From Felis catus (lineage: Eukaryota), in NCBI RefSeq assembly GCF_018350175.1, contig NC_058368.1, positions 51,461,815 to 51,525,814 on the forward strand: a stretch of DNA of 64,000 nucleotides. Reading direction: 5' to 3'. The notes beneath the pieces were generated by a model, which ran no database searches, had not been told where the DNA came from, and saw only the letters and a list, made by a program, of their open reading frames with translations. Positions 36,945-49,985 of this stretch are shown piece by piece (position 1 is the stretch's first letter; each line of letters starts with the position of its first letter). The position numbers and the translations under genes are program-made.

Positions 36945-37154
36945 AATTTTTTTAATGTTTATTTTTGAGAGAGAGAGACAGAGCGTGAGCAGGGGAGGGC
37001 CAGGGAGAGGGAGACACAGAATTGGAAGCAGGCTCCAGGCTCTGAGCTCTGAGCTGTCAGCACAGAGCCCGAAGCAGGGCTTGAACCAGTAACCTTGAGA
37101 ACATGACCTGAGCCCAAGTGGAACCCCCAACCAACTGAGTCACCCAGGTGCCCC
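36945..37154 (-). mobile_element. Can-SINE
   Basis: Reverse head; TSD ATTCTAAAATATTTTT. Confidence 0.92.
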
Positions 37155-37920
37155 AATTCTAAAATATTTTTAAGTGAATCTATTCTTTGAAGTGTATGAA
37201 ATTCAGTAGTATACATGTATATGTATATATACATATACATATATATTTAAATGCAAATCATGTTTTAAAGATTTTATTGTTGTGATGTATTTTAGACCAG
37301 AAGAAGCTTTCACAAATGATAAAGAAAGTCATATAAAGTATAATTGTTTGAAGGAGAAATGTAAGAACCTTGCATTTTAACCTTGAAAACCTCAATGTAG
37401 TTTATAAATTATTAGGTTGGTCATTATTACTAAGGTTAAATAGTTTAATAATTAAATCATATCTCCCTAAACCCTAAAGGACTGTTGAAATTCTTATACA
37501 TAATAGTAATTTTATCATATCAAATATATTATTTTGAAATATATTATTTATTTACAATAACATAATATGTTTAAAAATATATTATTTTTAAGATAGTTCT
37601 TGGCTAATCCAGATATCAGGATATATCTAAATGGCTCTAAAATGATTATACTAGGCATGATCTTATTTTAAAGACATTTACCCTCTTTCAGGCTAAGTTT
37701 TCTCACCAATAATATGAGGGTAATAATAGCACCTAATTCATTAGATTCTTTGAAGATTAAGTTAAATAATATATATCAAGGACTTGCTTAGCACACCACC
37801 TGTCAGGCATAACTATTATTGTTAATAGTGTGTGTGGTCTCCCTTATTTGAGATGTGTCCCAACCTTTTGAGACAAACAGTTATACACTTTGAGTTATAT
37901 ACACTTGGATTTGGAAGTAT

Positions 37921-38127
37921 TCTTTTTTAATGCTTATTTCTTTATTTTGAGGGAGAGACAGATAGTGAGCAGGGGAAGGGCAGAGAGAGCAGGAGAGAGA
38001 ATCCCAAGCAGGCACTACATTTACAGCTCAGAGCCTGATGCGAGCTTGAATTCATGAACCACAAGACCATGAGTTGAGCCGAAATCAAGAGTCCTACACT
38101 TACATGACTAAGCCACCCAGGTGTCCC
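37921..38127 (-). mobile_element. Can-SINE
   Basis: Reverse head AGCCACCCAGGTGTCCC; TGGAAGT flanks. Confidence 0.9.
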
Positions 38128-38561
38128 TGGAAGTTATGTTTTTTAACAGAGCCCTATCCACAAACACAGATTTACTTTATCATGACATGACAAGAATAGA
38201 ATCCTAAGACTACTTGTTTCCCTAAAACACTCTGCTCTTAGATGATTTGTTAATTCACAAAACATATTGCTTACTTTCATTAAATTCAGTGAGTTTTTGG
38301 AATTCTGATGGTTACATTTTGACTAATAATAGTCAAAACAGATTATAGTTTCTTCTCAAGTGGCTGGTGGCTATGGTACACCTCTGGAATCAAAACTTAC
38401 ATATATCATGCATGGCTCACATTCTCTGTTAGTTTATACGTAATTAGCATAAAAGTCTTAGCCCCACCTAGTTCAATTTCCTGTTTTGATCAATATTTTT
38501 ACTTTTATATTTCAAAAGTAAAAATAGGTTGATTTACTAATTCTTTATAATTAACTCTCTC

Positions 38562-38780
38562 GGGGCGCCTGGGTGGCGCAGTCGGTTAAGCGTCCGACTT
38601 CAGCCAGGTCACGATCTCGCGGTCCGTGAGTTCGAGCCCCGCATCAGGCTCTGGGCTGATGGCTCGGAGCCTGGAGCCTGTTTCCTATTCTGTGTCTCCC
38701 TCTCTCTCTGCCCCTCCCCCATTCATGCTCTGTCTCTCTCTGTCCCAAAAATAAATAAACGTTGAAAAAAAAATTTTTTT
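38562..38780 (+). mobile_element. Can-SINE, young CpG-rich subfamily
   Basis: GGCGCAGTCGGTTAAGCGTCCGACTTCAGCCAGGTCACGATCTCGCGG; perfect TSD TATAATTAACTCTCTC. Confidence 0.96.
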
Positions 38781-38829
38781 TATAATTAACTCTCTCAAAA
38801 AGATTTTGCCCCTCTCATTTGCCATTTAG

Positions 38830-39026
38830 TTTTATTTTTATTTTTATTTTTTGTATGTTTTATTTAATTTTGAGAGTGGGAGAGGGACAGAGAGCAAGGG
38901 AACAGAGGATCTGTAGCAGGATCTGTGATAACAGCAGTGAGCCCAATGCAATGCTCGAACTCGTGAACCATAAGATCATGACCCGAGCCAAAGTTGTATG
39001 CTTAACAAACTGAGCCACCCAGTGCC
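38830..39026 (-). mobile_element. Can-SINE (diverged)
   Basis: Reverse head CTGAGCCACCCAGTGCC. Confidence 0.85.
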
Positions 39027-39289
39027 TGAAGTTTGCCTTTTAGACTGCACCAGAAGCTGTTTAAAAAGTTTTTAAAGCATATAATTCATGAAAAATAGTT
39101 CATACCTTCCTAAATTAATTTACGGTGACAGTATTTTCTTAGTTTAGACAAAATAATCATATCTGTATGATGTAACGTTTCAGGAACTAAAGTATTTATG
39201 GGCTAGAGCAAAGGCAACATTGCTTCTGGAGAAAAACTCGCTTCCACACAAGTATTCCTAAAGTGCACCCCTAAATGCAGGAGGGATGG

Positions 39290-39826
39290 TGTGCCGGTAA
39301 TTTGCTTATTTCCTCTTGAGTCAATTCCTCTCCATTTCCCTGCTCGGTACAGCAAAGTGAGCCCTGAAAACCACATTTTTCAGGCTCCCTTGCCAGCTAG
39401 CTTCAAGTTAGATTAAGCCAATGGAGTGAGATGGATGATTAGTACGTGGAAAGAGGAGAGAAATCATGCTTCCCTTACCTACCACCATCGCTATCTCTTT
39501 CTGCTTTGGGCAACATCTCTATGGTTCCAACTCCTGCTGGCAGCTTCTTCCATGTTCCAATTCCAGCCAGGTAACCTCTGTTGTGGAACCACTTCTCATT
39601 GGGCATCCCCGGCTCCTGGAAGCTGGAAATAGCATCTCCTCCTTTGGTCTCTCCTGCCATAAGGATTATAGTGGCTTCCTGCAATTATCAATCTTTAGAT
39701 GCCTCTGTCCTTCATTTGCCTTCCCAGCTCCTTCACTACTGATGCAATTAGTTCCTTATATTCAATTCCCTCTCTTAATTACTTGGCACACACTTTTCTG
39801 TTTTCCTGTTTGGACCCTAGTGATAC
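39290..39826 (+). mobile_element. ERVL solo LTR (LTR33-like)
   Basis: TGTGCCGGT...CCCTGAAAACCACATT...GGCTCCCTTGCCAGCT...TTCTGTTTTCCTG...TGATACA. Confidence 0.55.
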
Positions 39827-39979
39827 AGGTAGTCTTCTATCCAAATAGTAGTCTTGATTTGGCTTTTCAGCCAAATGATGGCATTTTATCATCTTGTATC
39901 TGGTCTTTAAAGCTTGTGCATATGACCTCAATCAGCAAAACAGACACCTGATTTGAAAACCAAATTTATTGATTCACCA

Positions 39980-40360
39980 CACCCATTTCAAATCTCCCTC
40001 TTCCTTGCCTGCCTTTACTTTAAAGACTGAAAAAAGTGAAATATTCTGTGAGCCTCTCCTGCACTTAGGGTTGACTTTAGGACACAATTCAGGCCAGCAA
40101 GATAAAGGAGAATCCATTCTTCTTGTTTCTGTCTCTCTTTCCACTTCAAAGGTGGGCAGGATGGCTGACATTTGTAGCTATGAGACGAGAGCTACAAGAT
40201 AAAGGCCAAGAGCATCACTGACATTGGCCTTGACATTATAAAGCCATTGAACAAAGTTTCAAACTAATTTTTATGCAAGAAAAAGAATTCTAAATTGTCT
40301 CAGCTACTGTTAATAAAGTATTTTTACTTGTGGCTAAAAATGTTCCTACTGGACATACCA
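39980..40360 (+). mobile_element. MaLR (MLT1-like) LTR remnant
   Basis: GACACAATTCAGGCCA...TACTTGTGGCTAAAAATGTTCCTACTG. Confidence 0.5.
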
Positions 40361-41047
40361 GGTCCAACATCTTGTCAAAGAGTGTATGCTCTCGCTAGCT
40401 TCCATGAGTAGTATGCCTGAAAGAAGAAATACTTATGAAAAAATAGTCAAAATCATAAAAATACATTCATTCTCCCTGGGTCCTGAATTTTCTTGCTTTC
40501 TTCAAGTCAAACATCAGAAAGATCATGCCTTTGGATTTTTTTTTTATGTCATGCCTTTGTATTTATTAAAGATTTCTACAGTGATGTACCTCTCAGATAA
40601 CCTTGCAGGTCTGAGGCACTTATTCCCCCAGCTGCTGGGAGTGATGACTGCTGGCTGCTCATAGCTAAGTCCCTTTTCATAAGTTGCTCTTGGCTTTAGG
40701 GAACTGTATCACCCAAGATTCCACTCCATCCCCAGGGGAGCCTGCATCAAAAAACTGGTGGATGTGGTGTACAAAGACCTGGACCTCTGGACCTTAATTC
40801 AAGATATTCTGAAGACCATCCCAGCTCCACAATTCTCCATGGAATTAGCTAAGGCCTTTGTTGCAACTGCACTGCAATTCCATTTCTTTCTCTCTTGGCC
40901 CCTCCTGCTTTTCTCACTCATTCACACTCCACAATAAATTTCCTGCATGCATGCAAGTCTCCATTTCTGTTTCCCAGGGAAACTGACTTAAGTCAGTTGG
41001 TATGGGGAGTGGTCTGAAGAAGTGAACTCTAAAATGGGATGTTGGAT

Positions 41048-41246
41048 GGGGTGCCTGGGTGACTTATTTGGTTAAGTGTCCAACTTTTGGTCCTGGTTCA
41101 GATCATGATCTCACAGTTTGTGAGATCCAGCCCCACGTCAGAGGCTGCTTGGAATTCTCTCTTCCTCTCTCTTTGCCCTTCCCCCATGCTCCCTGTCTCT
41201 GTCTGTCTCTCTCAAAATAAGTAAGTAAACTTCAAAAACAAAACAA
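41048..41246 (+). mobile_element. Can-SINE (first of a tandem pair)
   Basis: GGGGTGCCTGGGTGAC head, (CT)n, tail. Confidence 0.9.
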
Positions 41247-41249
41247 AGA

Positions 41250-41417
41250 GGGGCACCTGGCTGACTCAGTCGATTGAGTGTCCGACTTCAGTTCAGGTCA
41301 TGATCTCGCAGTTTGCGAGTCGGAGCCACTCATCAGGCTCTGTGCTGACAACTCAGAACCTAGAGCCTGCTTCAGATTCTGTGTCTCCCTCTCTCTCTCT
41401 GCCCCTCCTCCACTCAT

Positions 41418-41466
<49 letters not shown>

Positions 41467-41508
41467 AATAAATAAAAACATTTGAAAAATATTTTAAAAA
41501 ATAAAATA
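41250..41508 (+). mobile_element. Can-SINE (second of the pair) with long (CT)n
   Basis: Head, body, (CT)n 41419-41463; the pair is flanked by TAAAATGG.A.GTTGGA. Confidence 0.92.
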
Positions 41509-41564
41509 AAATGGAAAGTTGGAACTGGATCATCCACTGGTTGGTTGGCAATGGGAACCACATC

Positions 41565-42148
41565 TGTGGTGAACAGTTTGTAAGGTGATCCCCTGATCTC
41601 CATCTCCTAATATACCTGCCCTTGTATAAACATTTCCCCGTGTGTGTAGTTGGGACCTGAAAATTTCTTCTGACCAATAGAATATGGCAAAAATGACAAG
41701 CTGTACAAGATTACACATATGTAATTAAGTTAATATTATATCATCACTTCCATCTTGCTGGAGACCCCCTCTTCCTTTGAAGGAACTTCAAAGTACTTTG
41801 AAGGAGCAAGCTGCCATGTGTGAGCCACCACACAGAGAGGTACACAAGGCAAAAAGTTGACGGTAGTCTCTGGCTAACAGCCCGTAAGGACTGAGTGCCT
41901 CAGTCCAGCAGCCTGCAAGGAACTGAATTCTGCCAAAAACCATATGGCTTTGGAAGTGTTTCCTTTCTTAGCTGAGTCTCAGATGAGATTGTGTCCCCAG
42001 TGGACACCTTGATTACAGCCTTGCAGAGGACAAAGCTAAGCCCTGCCCAGTCTTTTAATGTACAGAAACTGTCAGATAGTAAGTGTGTGGTACAGTCAAC
42101 CACTAAGTTTGTGACAATACTGTTATGCAGCAACAAAAAACCTAATAT
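41565..42148 (+). mobile_element. MaLR MLT1-type LTR nested in the ERVL
   Basis: TGTGG...AAGGAACTGAATTCTGCCAA...CCACTAAGTTTGTG...GTTATGCAGCAA. Confidence 0.75.
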
Positions 42149-43909
42149 ATCATCACTGGTGGTAGACTGAGCATGACAGCTCTGAGATGGGTAGAACTGC
42201 ATAATTGCTGAGACTCACTGGGGGTGAACTAAGGTGGGAGAGGTACAGACAGGATGCACTTATAAGTATAATAGCCCAAGCTTTTGAGAGGCTTACGGAA
42301 AGTGTTCATTATAAAGACATTAAAACTAGATTACTCTTGCTGAGCACCATAGATGCACTAGAGAGAGACAATGAAATGCTGAAAATTAGGATTCCAGTGG
42401 TCTGAGTCTTGTCCGACATCTACAAAGTAAAGGGTAAGTTATCACATCTCATACTTCCTACCACAAAGAAGGAGGGACAACACTTGCTAGGCTTCTCTGG
42501 GTCTGTAGGCATAATATTTACTTGAGAATATTGCTCTGACACATTTCCTGAATGACACAGATACCTGCCAAGAACAATGCAGTACTGCCTAGAACAATGA
42601 AGGGCTCCACATCATCTCTTGACTGTAGGAAAAGCAGTTTTGCTTCTTAGGTCATACAACATGACAGAGTCTATGATATTAGATGTATCAGTGGGAGAGA
42701 AAGATGCTGCCGAATGAATGGGAAATTTCCATGGGAAAATCACAAAGAAAAGTCCAAGGTTCTGGAGCAAGGCAAAAACAAATTTAACAACAGCAACAAC
42801 AAAAATCATACACTTGAAAAATGGCTTCTGGTAGGCTATTTGGGCACTGACAGAGACAGAGCATCTTACCATGAGATGTCAAGTGGCTAGAAGTACCCAT
42901 CAGGAGCTGAGTTTTATCAGTCCCATTACCTCATAAGGTCCAGTGGGCCCAGCAAAACCTATGGTAAAATATAAGTAATATAGCCAAGATTGGGCACGAG
43001 CAGGGAAGGGACACAGCACAAGTAAGCTGCATGAATGGGTGGCCAGCTCCTGTGTCATCAACCATTATTGCAATGAGACCTGCCTCTAAGCTTAAACGTA
43101 TGGCTGCATGGGTTTAGGGAGTCCCTTAAGACTAACTGGTGGAGGAGAAAAGAAGTTGAGCTTGGTCTAAGTGCAGGTTAACTTGGTAAGTAGTTACAAC
43201 TGAAATGAACTGCTTCTATACTATGATCTGATAGTGATAAGGCAAAATCTTTCCAATAGTTTGCACTTCATGCATTGCCTAGGATCATCCATTTTACACA
43301 TAAAGAGCAGTAGCCTGAAGTAAGACTCATAGGTAGCAGCAGATGGCTTGGGTGTTTGGTAGGGGCCTGGAAGTAAAAAAGATTGAAAGATTGGGAAGGA
43401 AGGCTATGGAAGAGACATGAGAATGTACCTATGGGAGTGGGTGTGAAGTGTGGCAGTCTTTGAATCAAATCACATGATGATGCCTGTCAGAGAACATTCC
43501 ATCATGACAGAGACAATGAATGACCACATAGACAGGATGATTCTGCTACTTGATAATTAGCTAACCTCTGCTTTTGTCCACCCACTGGGGGCACAGAGAG
43601 CACATGCACAGAGTAGCCATGGTGCAGAGATGGAGGTTATGCACGGAACATATAGTTCATGCTCTCCCTTAACAATGCTAATCTAGCTACTGCAATAGCC
43701 AAATGTACAACCTGCCAGCAAAAGAGACCAACACTAGCCCTTAATACAATATGATCCCTGAAGGAGACCAAACAGCCACTTGCAAGAAGATCTATTATAT
43801 TCTACCCTGGAAAGGCCAGTGATTCAGCTTGGCTGGGAGTGATACATATTCTGCTGTGGATTTACCTTCCCTGCCCACATTGGCCAGAACCATCATATGA
43901 GGGCTTACA

Positions 43910-44122
43910 GGGGCGCCTGGGTGGCTCAGCCGGTTAAGCGGCCGACTTGCGCTCCAGTCATGATCTCGCGGTCCGTGAGTTCGAGCCCCGCGTCGGGCTC
44001 TGGGCTGATGGCTCAGAGCCTGGAGCCTGTTTCAGATTCTGTGTCTTCCTCTCTTTGACCCTCCCCTGTTCATGCTCTGTCTCTCCCTGTCTCAAAAATA
44101 AATAAAACATTTAAAATTTTTT
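43910..44122 (+). mobile_element. Can-SINE (CpG-rich) inside ERVL pol
   Basis: Head, body, tail; TSD TGA(G/A)GG(C/T)TTACA. Confidence 0.94.
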
Positions 44123-44227
44123 TGAAGGTTTACAGAGTTCTTTCACAAATATGGGATTCTGAAAAGCACTGTCTCAGACCAAGAGGTTTGCTTTATAGTA
44201 AATGATGTATGGCAGTAGATATATGTT

Positions 44228-44776
44228 TGTGGTAGACTAAATTATGATCCCTATCTAAAATTATCCATATTGTAATCCTTAGAACGTGTGAATATGTTAC
44301 CTTACATGGCAAAAGGGGCTTTGCAGATGAGATTATATTAAGGATTTTTAGATGAGGATTATCATGGATTATCCAGAAAGTTCCAATGTAATCACAAGTG
44401 TTCTTATAAGAAGGAGGCAGGAAGGTCAGAGTGAAGGAAGACAGTGTGACAATGGAAACAGAATCAGAAAGGATGTGATGACAAGGAGAGGAGAGGAGAA
44501 GAAGGGGGAAAGAGAGGAGAGAGAGAAAGATAGAGATTTAAAATTGTTATGCTGCTGACTTTGACTATGGAGGAAGGGCCATAAATCAAGGAATGCAGTA
44601 AGCCTCTAGAAGCTGGAAAAGACAAGGAAATGAAGTCTTCCCTAGAGCCTCTAGAAGAAACATAGCTCTGCTAACATCTTTATTTTAGGACTTGTGACCA
44701 TCAGAAATGTAAGATACTAAATTTGGTTTCTTTTAATCCAATAAATTTTGTTACAGCAGCAAAATGAAACAAACAC
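44228..44776 (+). mobile_element. MaLR MLT1C/D-like LTR nested in ERVL integrase
   Basis: TGTGAATATGTTACCTTACATGGCAAAAGGG...TCTAGAAGCTGGAAAAGACAAGGAA...TTGTTACAGCAGC. Confidence 0.8.
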
Positions 44777-46465
44777 AATAGCCATTGGATCCACTTATCC
44801 TACCACATAAAGTGCCACCCAGAACTTGCTGTTGATAGAACTGAAGGTACAGTTAGGGCACAAGCTATATATAATAACCTTAAATTAACAGCTATTACAT
44901 GGTATAGTGTCCCTAATAGATAGAATATATGAAATCAAGAACACAAAGTGAAAGTAGTAATGGCTCTACTCCAAGCAAACCCTTAGAGAATATGTGCTTT
45001 CTGTCCTGCTTAGACTCTAGGAGTTCTAGAGCTCCTAGTTCCCAACGGTCTAATGCTTTCACCAGAGGACACGGTAAGAGCCCCACTGGACTTTGAATCC
45101 TGGTTGCTCTCAGTCACTTCAGGCTCCTCAGTCCAAGAGACCAACAGAACAAAAATAGAGTCTCTTTACTGGCAGGAGTAAATGACCCATGCCATCAGAA
45201 GTAGATAGGGCTACTATTCCATATGGAAGCAGGGAAGAGTATGTATAGCCCTTAAGCAAGACACAGGCATATCTCTTGACACCCCCTTATACAATTTTGA
45301 TGTTAAATGAACAAGTACAGTCCACATGGCCTGAGAAGGGCATGGTGACTAGCATCCCAGGACTCTCAAGTATGAGTATGGGTGACCCTCCAAGGTAGGC
45401 CACCTAGACTAGCAGAGGTTCTGGCTGAAGGTGAAGAAAATCTAGGACTGGTAAGGAGGAGGGTCATTATGAATTTCAGCTGTAGCATTAAGACTCTTTG
45501 TAGCAACAAGGACTGTGGTTTATCCCACTTATTTTCCTCTTTTAGGCTTCTGTAGAAAAAAGAACCAGAATCCTGGATATGGGGTGAACTCTAGAGAAGC
45601 AGATAAAATTGAGCAATGGTAGGAGTGAACTGAAATGGATATTATAGTGTTTGCCCTGATTGCCTACCATTTTGGGATTGAGTCACTTATGTCCCAGTGG
45701 TTAGAGGTGCTGGCTACTGACACAACTGAACCCTTCCTTCTCTGAGCATTGTCCTCAGCAGAAGGTTGTTGCTTGGACCATGGCTGTGTCCCCTCCCTGA
45801 GGTGCAGTTTGCTTCAGTGACTTAACATTGTAGTACAAGAACCTAGCCTTGTTACCTTAATTTGGGGACAACTCCACAGGTCTTCCCAGTTCCATAGCTC
45901 TCTGTGGGTTTGGCTGATGCTTCTCTTCTTAACTAATCCTCAGTTCAGCTTCTCCCTCTACCTAAACTTGCTTTCCTCACCTTTTTAAAAGGTTTTATTC
46001 CTAAGTGTACTCTCTAATAAACTTCCTGCATGCAAGTTTTTGTTTCAGATTTGATTTCCTGGGAAACTTAGACTAAGACAGTTACTTTGATTTAAAAGAT
46101 ACAAAATTTTTCATTGCATTTGCTTGAAATATTGATGGCATTATTCATGATATGCCACGTCCCAAATTTTATCTTACAATTAAGTACTCAAAAAATTGCT
46201 TTCCGTAAAACCTGCCCTTTTTTTATTAATAAAAATTTCATAATTGATCATGATTCCCTTTACACTTGCCTACTGAGAAACAGTAAACTTGGTGTTTGCT
46301 ACAGTCCTTTCTCAGGTTGAGATGAAAAAAATTATAAAACTGTTTGTAGCAAATGGAAGCAAAAACTTATGTTTATTAAACTAATGGCTAAGCAAGGAGA
46401 GAGAGCTTAACGTAAAGCCAAAGAAGCTCTCTTCTCTAAACACCAGATATTAACAGTTTTAGCCA

Positions 46466-46594
46466 GGGCACCTGAGTGGTTCAGTCGGTTAAGTGACAGA
46501 CTCTTGATTTCAGCTCAGGACATAATCTCACAGTTAGTGACATTGAGTCCCACATCGGGCTCCATGCTGATAGTGCATGGAGCCTGCTTCTGAT

Positions 46595-46632
<38 letters not shown>

Positions 46633-46710
46633 CCTCCCCTCCCTCTCTCTGCCCCTCCCCTGTTCATGCTTGCTCTTTCTCAAAATAAATAAAGTTAAAA
46701 ATAAAAATAA
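46466..46710 (+). mobile_element. Can-SINE
   Basis: Head, (CT)n, tail; TSD AACAGTT(T/C)TAGC. Confidence 0.92.
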
Positions 46711-47334
46711 AACAGTTCTAGCTATCCACACACTTTAATACTGGTAGGGTAGTCCTCCTTATGTGATAGGGAGGAGACATGTGCTCCCTGAAGGTACCTA
46801 ACTCCTAATTGGATGAAAGGAGAAAGGGGTTAGGGCTATACCTGCCCAATTTCTACTTCCTAACTCAACAACGAGATAAGGAACTGCACCTCCCCTATCC
46901 ATCCACCTTCTGTCATCATTGCTTCTCCCAATGATAGAACATATTGGGCACAATGAACAAAAGACAACAGGCAATTATTGTTGTAGTTTAGCATGACCTG
47001 TTGAGGGCCTCAACAAAGGCAGTCAGCATAGAGGAGACAGGACTATTCAAGAGGTGAGATGCACAGGAAAAAGTGATCTAATGTGGAGGGTGAGAGAAAT
47101 GGAGGATCCTAATGTGACTCCCAGATTCTGGTGTCATTCACTGAGGTGGGAACCCAGGAAAAGAGGTTGTTTGGGGATAGGAAGAGTGCTGTTTATCTTC
47201 TCAACGTATTTCTTGGTCTGAAAACTAAAAGAATGCTTTTAGAGGATGTGATAACTCCCCCACTTACACACATTCCTCTGCCATTGATTTTCAGTTCTGT
47301 CTACACAGCTGTCATCTTTGAAAACTATACTATA

Positions 47335-47720
47335 TTCAATGAAATATTATCTGGCAATAAAAATGGACACATGCTACAACATGGATGAAACTTGTAGGTG
47401 TTATTCTAAATAAAAGAAGCCAGACACAGAGATCATAAATTGTATGATTCCATTTATATGAAACATCCAGAATAGACAGATCCATTGAAACAAAGTAGAT
47501 TGTGGTTGCCAATGGCTGGGGGGAGAATGGGGATGGGGAGGGACTACTTAATAGGTATGGTACTTTGGGGGAGGCAGGGGAATGTGATGAAATTCCATGT
47601 GTTCTAGTATTAGATTGTGTGGATGATTGCACAACTGTGAATACACTAAAAACCAAAGAATTGTACACTTTAGATAAGTATGAATTTTATGGCATATGAA
47701 TTATATTTCAATAGAACTTA
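47335..47720 (+). mobile_element. Old L1 (L1MB/MC-like) 3' end
   Basis: ACATGCTACAACATGGATGAA...TGTATGATTCCATTTATATGAAA...ATGAATTATATTTCAATA. Confidence 0.8.
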
Positions 47721-47799
47721 TTTTAAAAATCTATTTCAATGCCTTCAGTGATTTTGTGTTAAAGTAATTAAAGCTAGTTGCCACAACTTACAAACCTCA

Positions 47800-48230
47800 T
47801 GAACTGCTTATTCCCTTTACTCTTCAAAGCCGTTCTCCTCCCTTCACTGAACAGCTTCGTGCCTCAGAAGGCTAAAGCTCCAGAACACTGTATCTCACCT
47901 GTGCTCTCTCAAGGTTGTGTTCTGATTGGGTTTGCCCAATGGGGATACCCTCTCAGGACACTGAAGGACAGGAGAAGAGGAAGGTAAAGGTATTTTTCTG
48001 GCTCTACGCCCTTCTTCTGGCAGTGGCAATGTCCCTTCATGACTGGAGTTCCTGCTGGGCAGTTCTTCCTCCTTGGCACTAGCCCTCTATTTCCTGATAA
48101 CTCTATTTCCTCTCTGTTGTAGGAGTGGGAACAGCTTCCTGACTCCCATGTTTCTCCCCTTACCCTGTCCATGCCTCTGAAAGGATTTCCTTCATTAAAG
48201 TCTCTTAATCTGAACCAGCTGGGATGATCT
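47800..48230 (+). mobile_element. ERVL solo LTR remnant (LTR33-like)
   Basis: CAGAACACTGTATCTC...GGTTTGCCCAATGGG...CCTTCATTAAAGTCTCTT. Confidence 0.45.
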
Positions 48231-48741
48231 GGTAGAATTCTGATCAGTACTCCCCACCACCCTCCCCCAAACCTCAGTGGCTTACCACAATAAAAGTTTA
48301 CTCCTCATCCATTTGATATAAGTCAGATAGCCCTCTTTTGCCATCTGGACCTTGTGGCATCCAACATAAGTCAGGGAAAGAGTGAATTAGAAGCTTGCAG
48401 GAGATGCTCTCTAAGGCTAGCTAGGTTGACATCTATCCTACCCGTATCTAATGCTCAGAACATGTCACAGGGTCCCAAACTAACTGCTACAATACTGGTG
48501 TGGTAAATATATGGTATAATCTACGACTGGTACTCAGAATTACCTGGACATCTAAATGAACTCTATATCAAGGCATGAAAGATATGTTACCATCTGGCCC
48601 TAGCCTACCTTGTTGCCTTTATGGCTGCTAGTGCTCCATGCCGTGCCTTTGCACAAGCTGTTTCCTCTGCCTGCCTGAGTTTTCATTCTCCTTCTTCTCC
48701 ATCTGGATCACTTCAGAACTCAGCTCAAAAATTAACTTCTT

Positions 48742-48958
48742 GGGGCGCCTGGGTGGCGCAGTCGGTTAAGCGTCCGACTTCAGCCAGGTCACGATCTCGC
48801 GGTCCGTGAGTTTGAGCCCCGCGTCGGGCTCTGGGCTGATGGCTCAGAGCCTGGAGCCTGTTTCCGATTCTGTGTCTCCCTCTCTCTCTGCCCCTCCCCC
48901 GTTCGTGCTCTGTCTCTCTCTGTCTGAAAAATAAATAAACGTTGAAAAAAAAAATTTT
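48742..48958 (+). mobile_element. Can-SINE, young CpG-rich subfamily
   Basis: Same diagnostic head as 38562; TSD AAAATTAACTTCT. Confidence 0.96.
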
Positions 48959-49484
48959 AAAAATTAACTTCTCCAAGAAACTTATACTGACCCTTCTCGG
49001 GGATGATTTAACTACTAGTCCTTCATGGTGCAACCGTAATGCCAGGAAAACATCTCCATCATAACATTTATCACTCTATGTTATAATTTCATTTATTTCT
49101 TCATCTTGTTAATTGAGCTGTGAGTTTCTTGAAGGCATGGGTTGTATTTCATTTCTACCTTTCCCAGTACCTACCATTGTAGTCACTATACAAATAATCA
49201 TTTTAGTTAGTGGTGCTTAGAAGAGTTAGTACCATCCCCCCAGAGAGAATTTTGGAAATTTGTGGACATGTTTTTCATTGTCATAATAACTAGGAAACCC
49301 TACTGACATTTAGGTTTTGGGCTAGAGGTAATAAACATCCTGCATTATATAGGACAGTCCCTCATAGTGAAGAACTCTTCCCTGTCCTGCAAGACTTTCA
49401 GATGTACCACTGGATCTTCAAATAGATGAAGAACCTGTTTATATTGGCCTGAATCTGGAACCTAATTCAGATTCACATGTAAAT

Positions 49485-49985
49485 GCTGTTTTGGTTGTCT
49501 ACTGCTGTATAATCAAACAACCCAGAAGTTAGAGAATTAAAACAGCACAGGTTTATTACCTCCTAAATTTCTGTGGGGTAGCTGGCTCAGTTAGCACATT
49601 CTTCTCTTCCATGTGATGTTGAGTGTTGCTGCACTGAATGGGCTCAGTGGGGCTTGATCATCCAAGATGGCTTACTGTCACCATTGAGAGTTGACCTGGA
49701 GCTGTCAGTTTGCACCTCAGACCTCCTTCATAAGGTCTCTCCATGTGGCTTGGGCTTCTCCTAACATGGTAGCTAGTTCCCAAAAGGTGACACATGAAGA
49801 CTGCCAGTCCTCTTCAGGCTTAGGCTCAGAAGTCCCAGAATAACACTTAGGCTGCTTTCTATTGGTCAAGGCCAGTCCAAGGTGAGGACAAACCAACTCT
49901 ACCTCTTGAAGTGAGAGGCAGCTTACCTACATAGGGAGGAGAAGAATACTGAGGGCCATTCTTCAGAGAGTAGCTATCTCACACA
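49485..49985 (-). mobile_element. MaLR MLT1-type LTR, inside a probable hAT relic (about 49210-50610)
   Basis: TTGGTTGTCTACTGCTGTATAA...TCCAAGATGGCTTAC...CCATGTGGCTTGGGCTTCTC. Confidence 0.6.

Larger units (their letters stand above)
40580..46080 (+). mobile_element. Decayed ERVL provirus (LTR16/ERV3-16A3-like) with two LTRs (about 40580-40994 and 45640-46080) and pol remnants
   Basis: Both LTRs end AATAAA(T/C)TTCCTGCATGCA...TTTCC..GGGAAACT...CT.AAG.CA; PBS-like TGGTATGGGGAGTGG after the 5' LTR; integrase Zn-finger remnants AHAQSSHG (about 43600) and KCTTCQQ (43701), GSDTYS (about 43835); dUTPase-like remnant about 45040-45200. Confidence 0.75.

Noticed and set aside
39426..39951. 161-aa ORF 39466-39951 and overlapping ORFs
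   Set aside because: Lie within an LTR33-like LTR; no protein-like features
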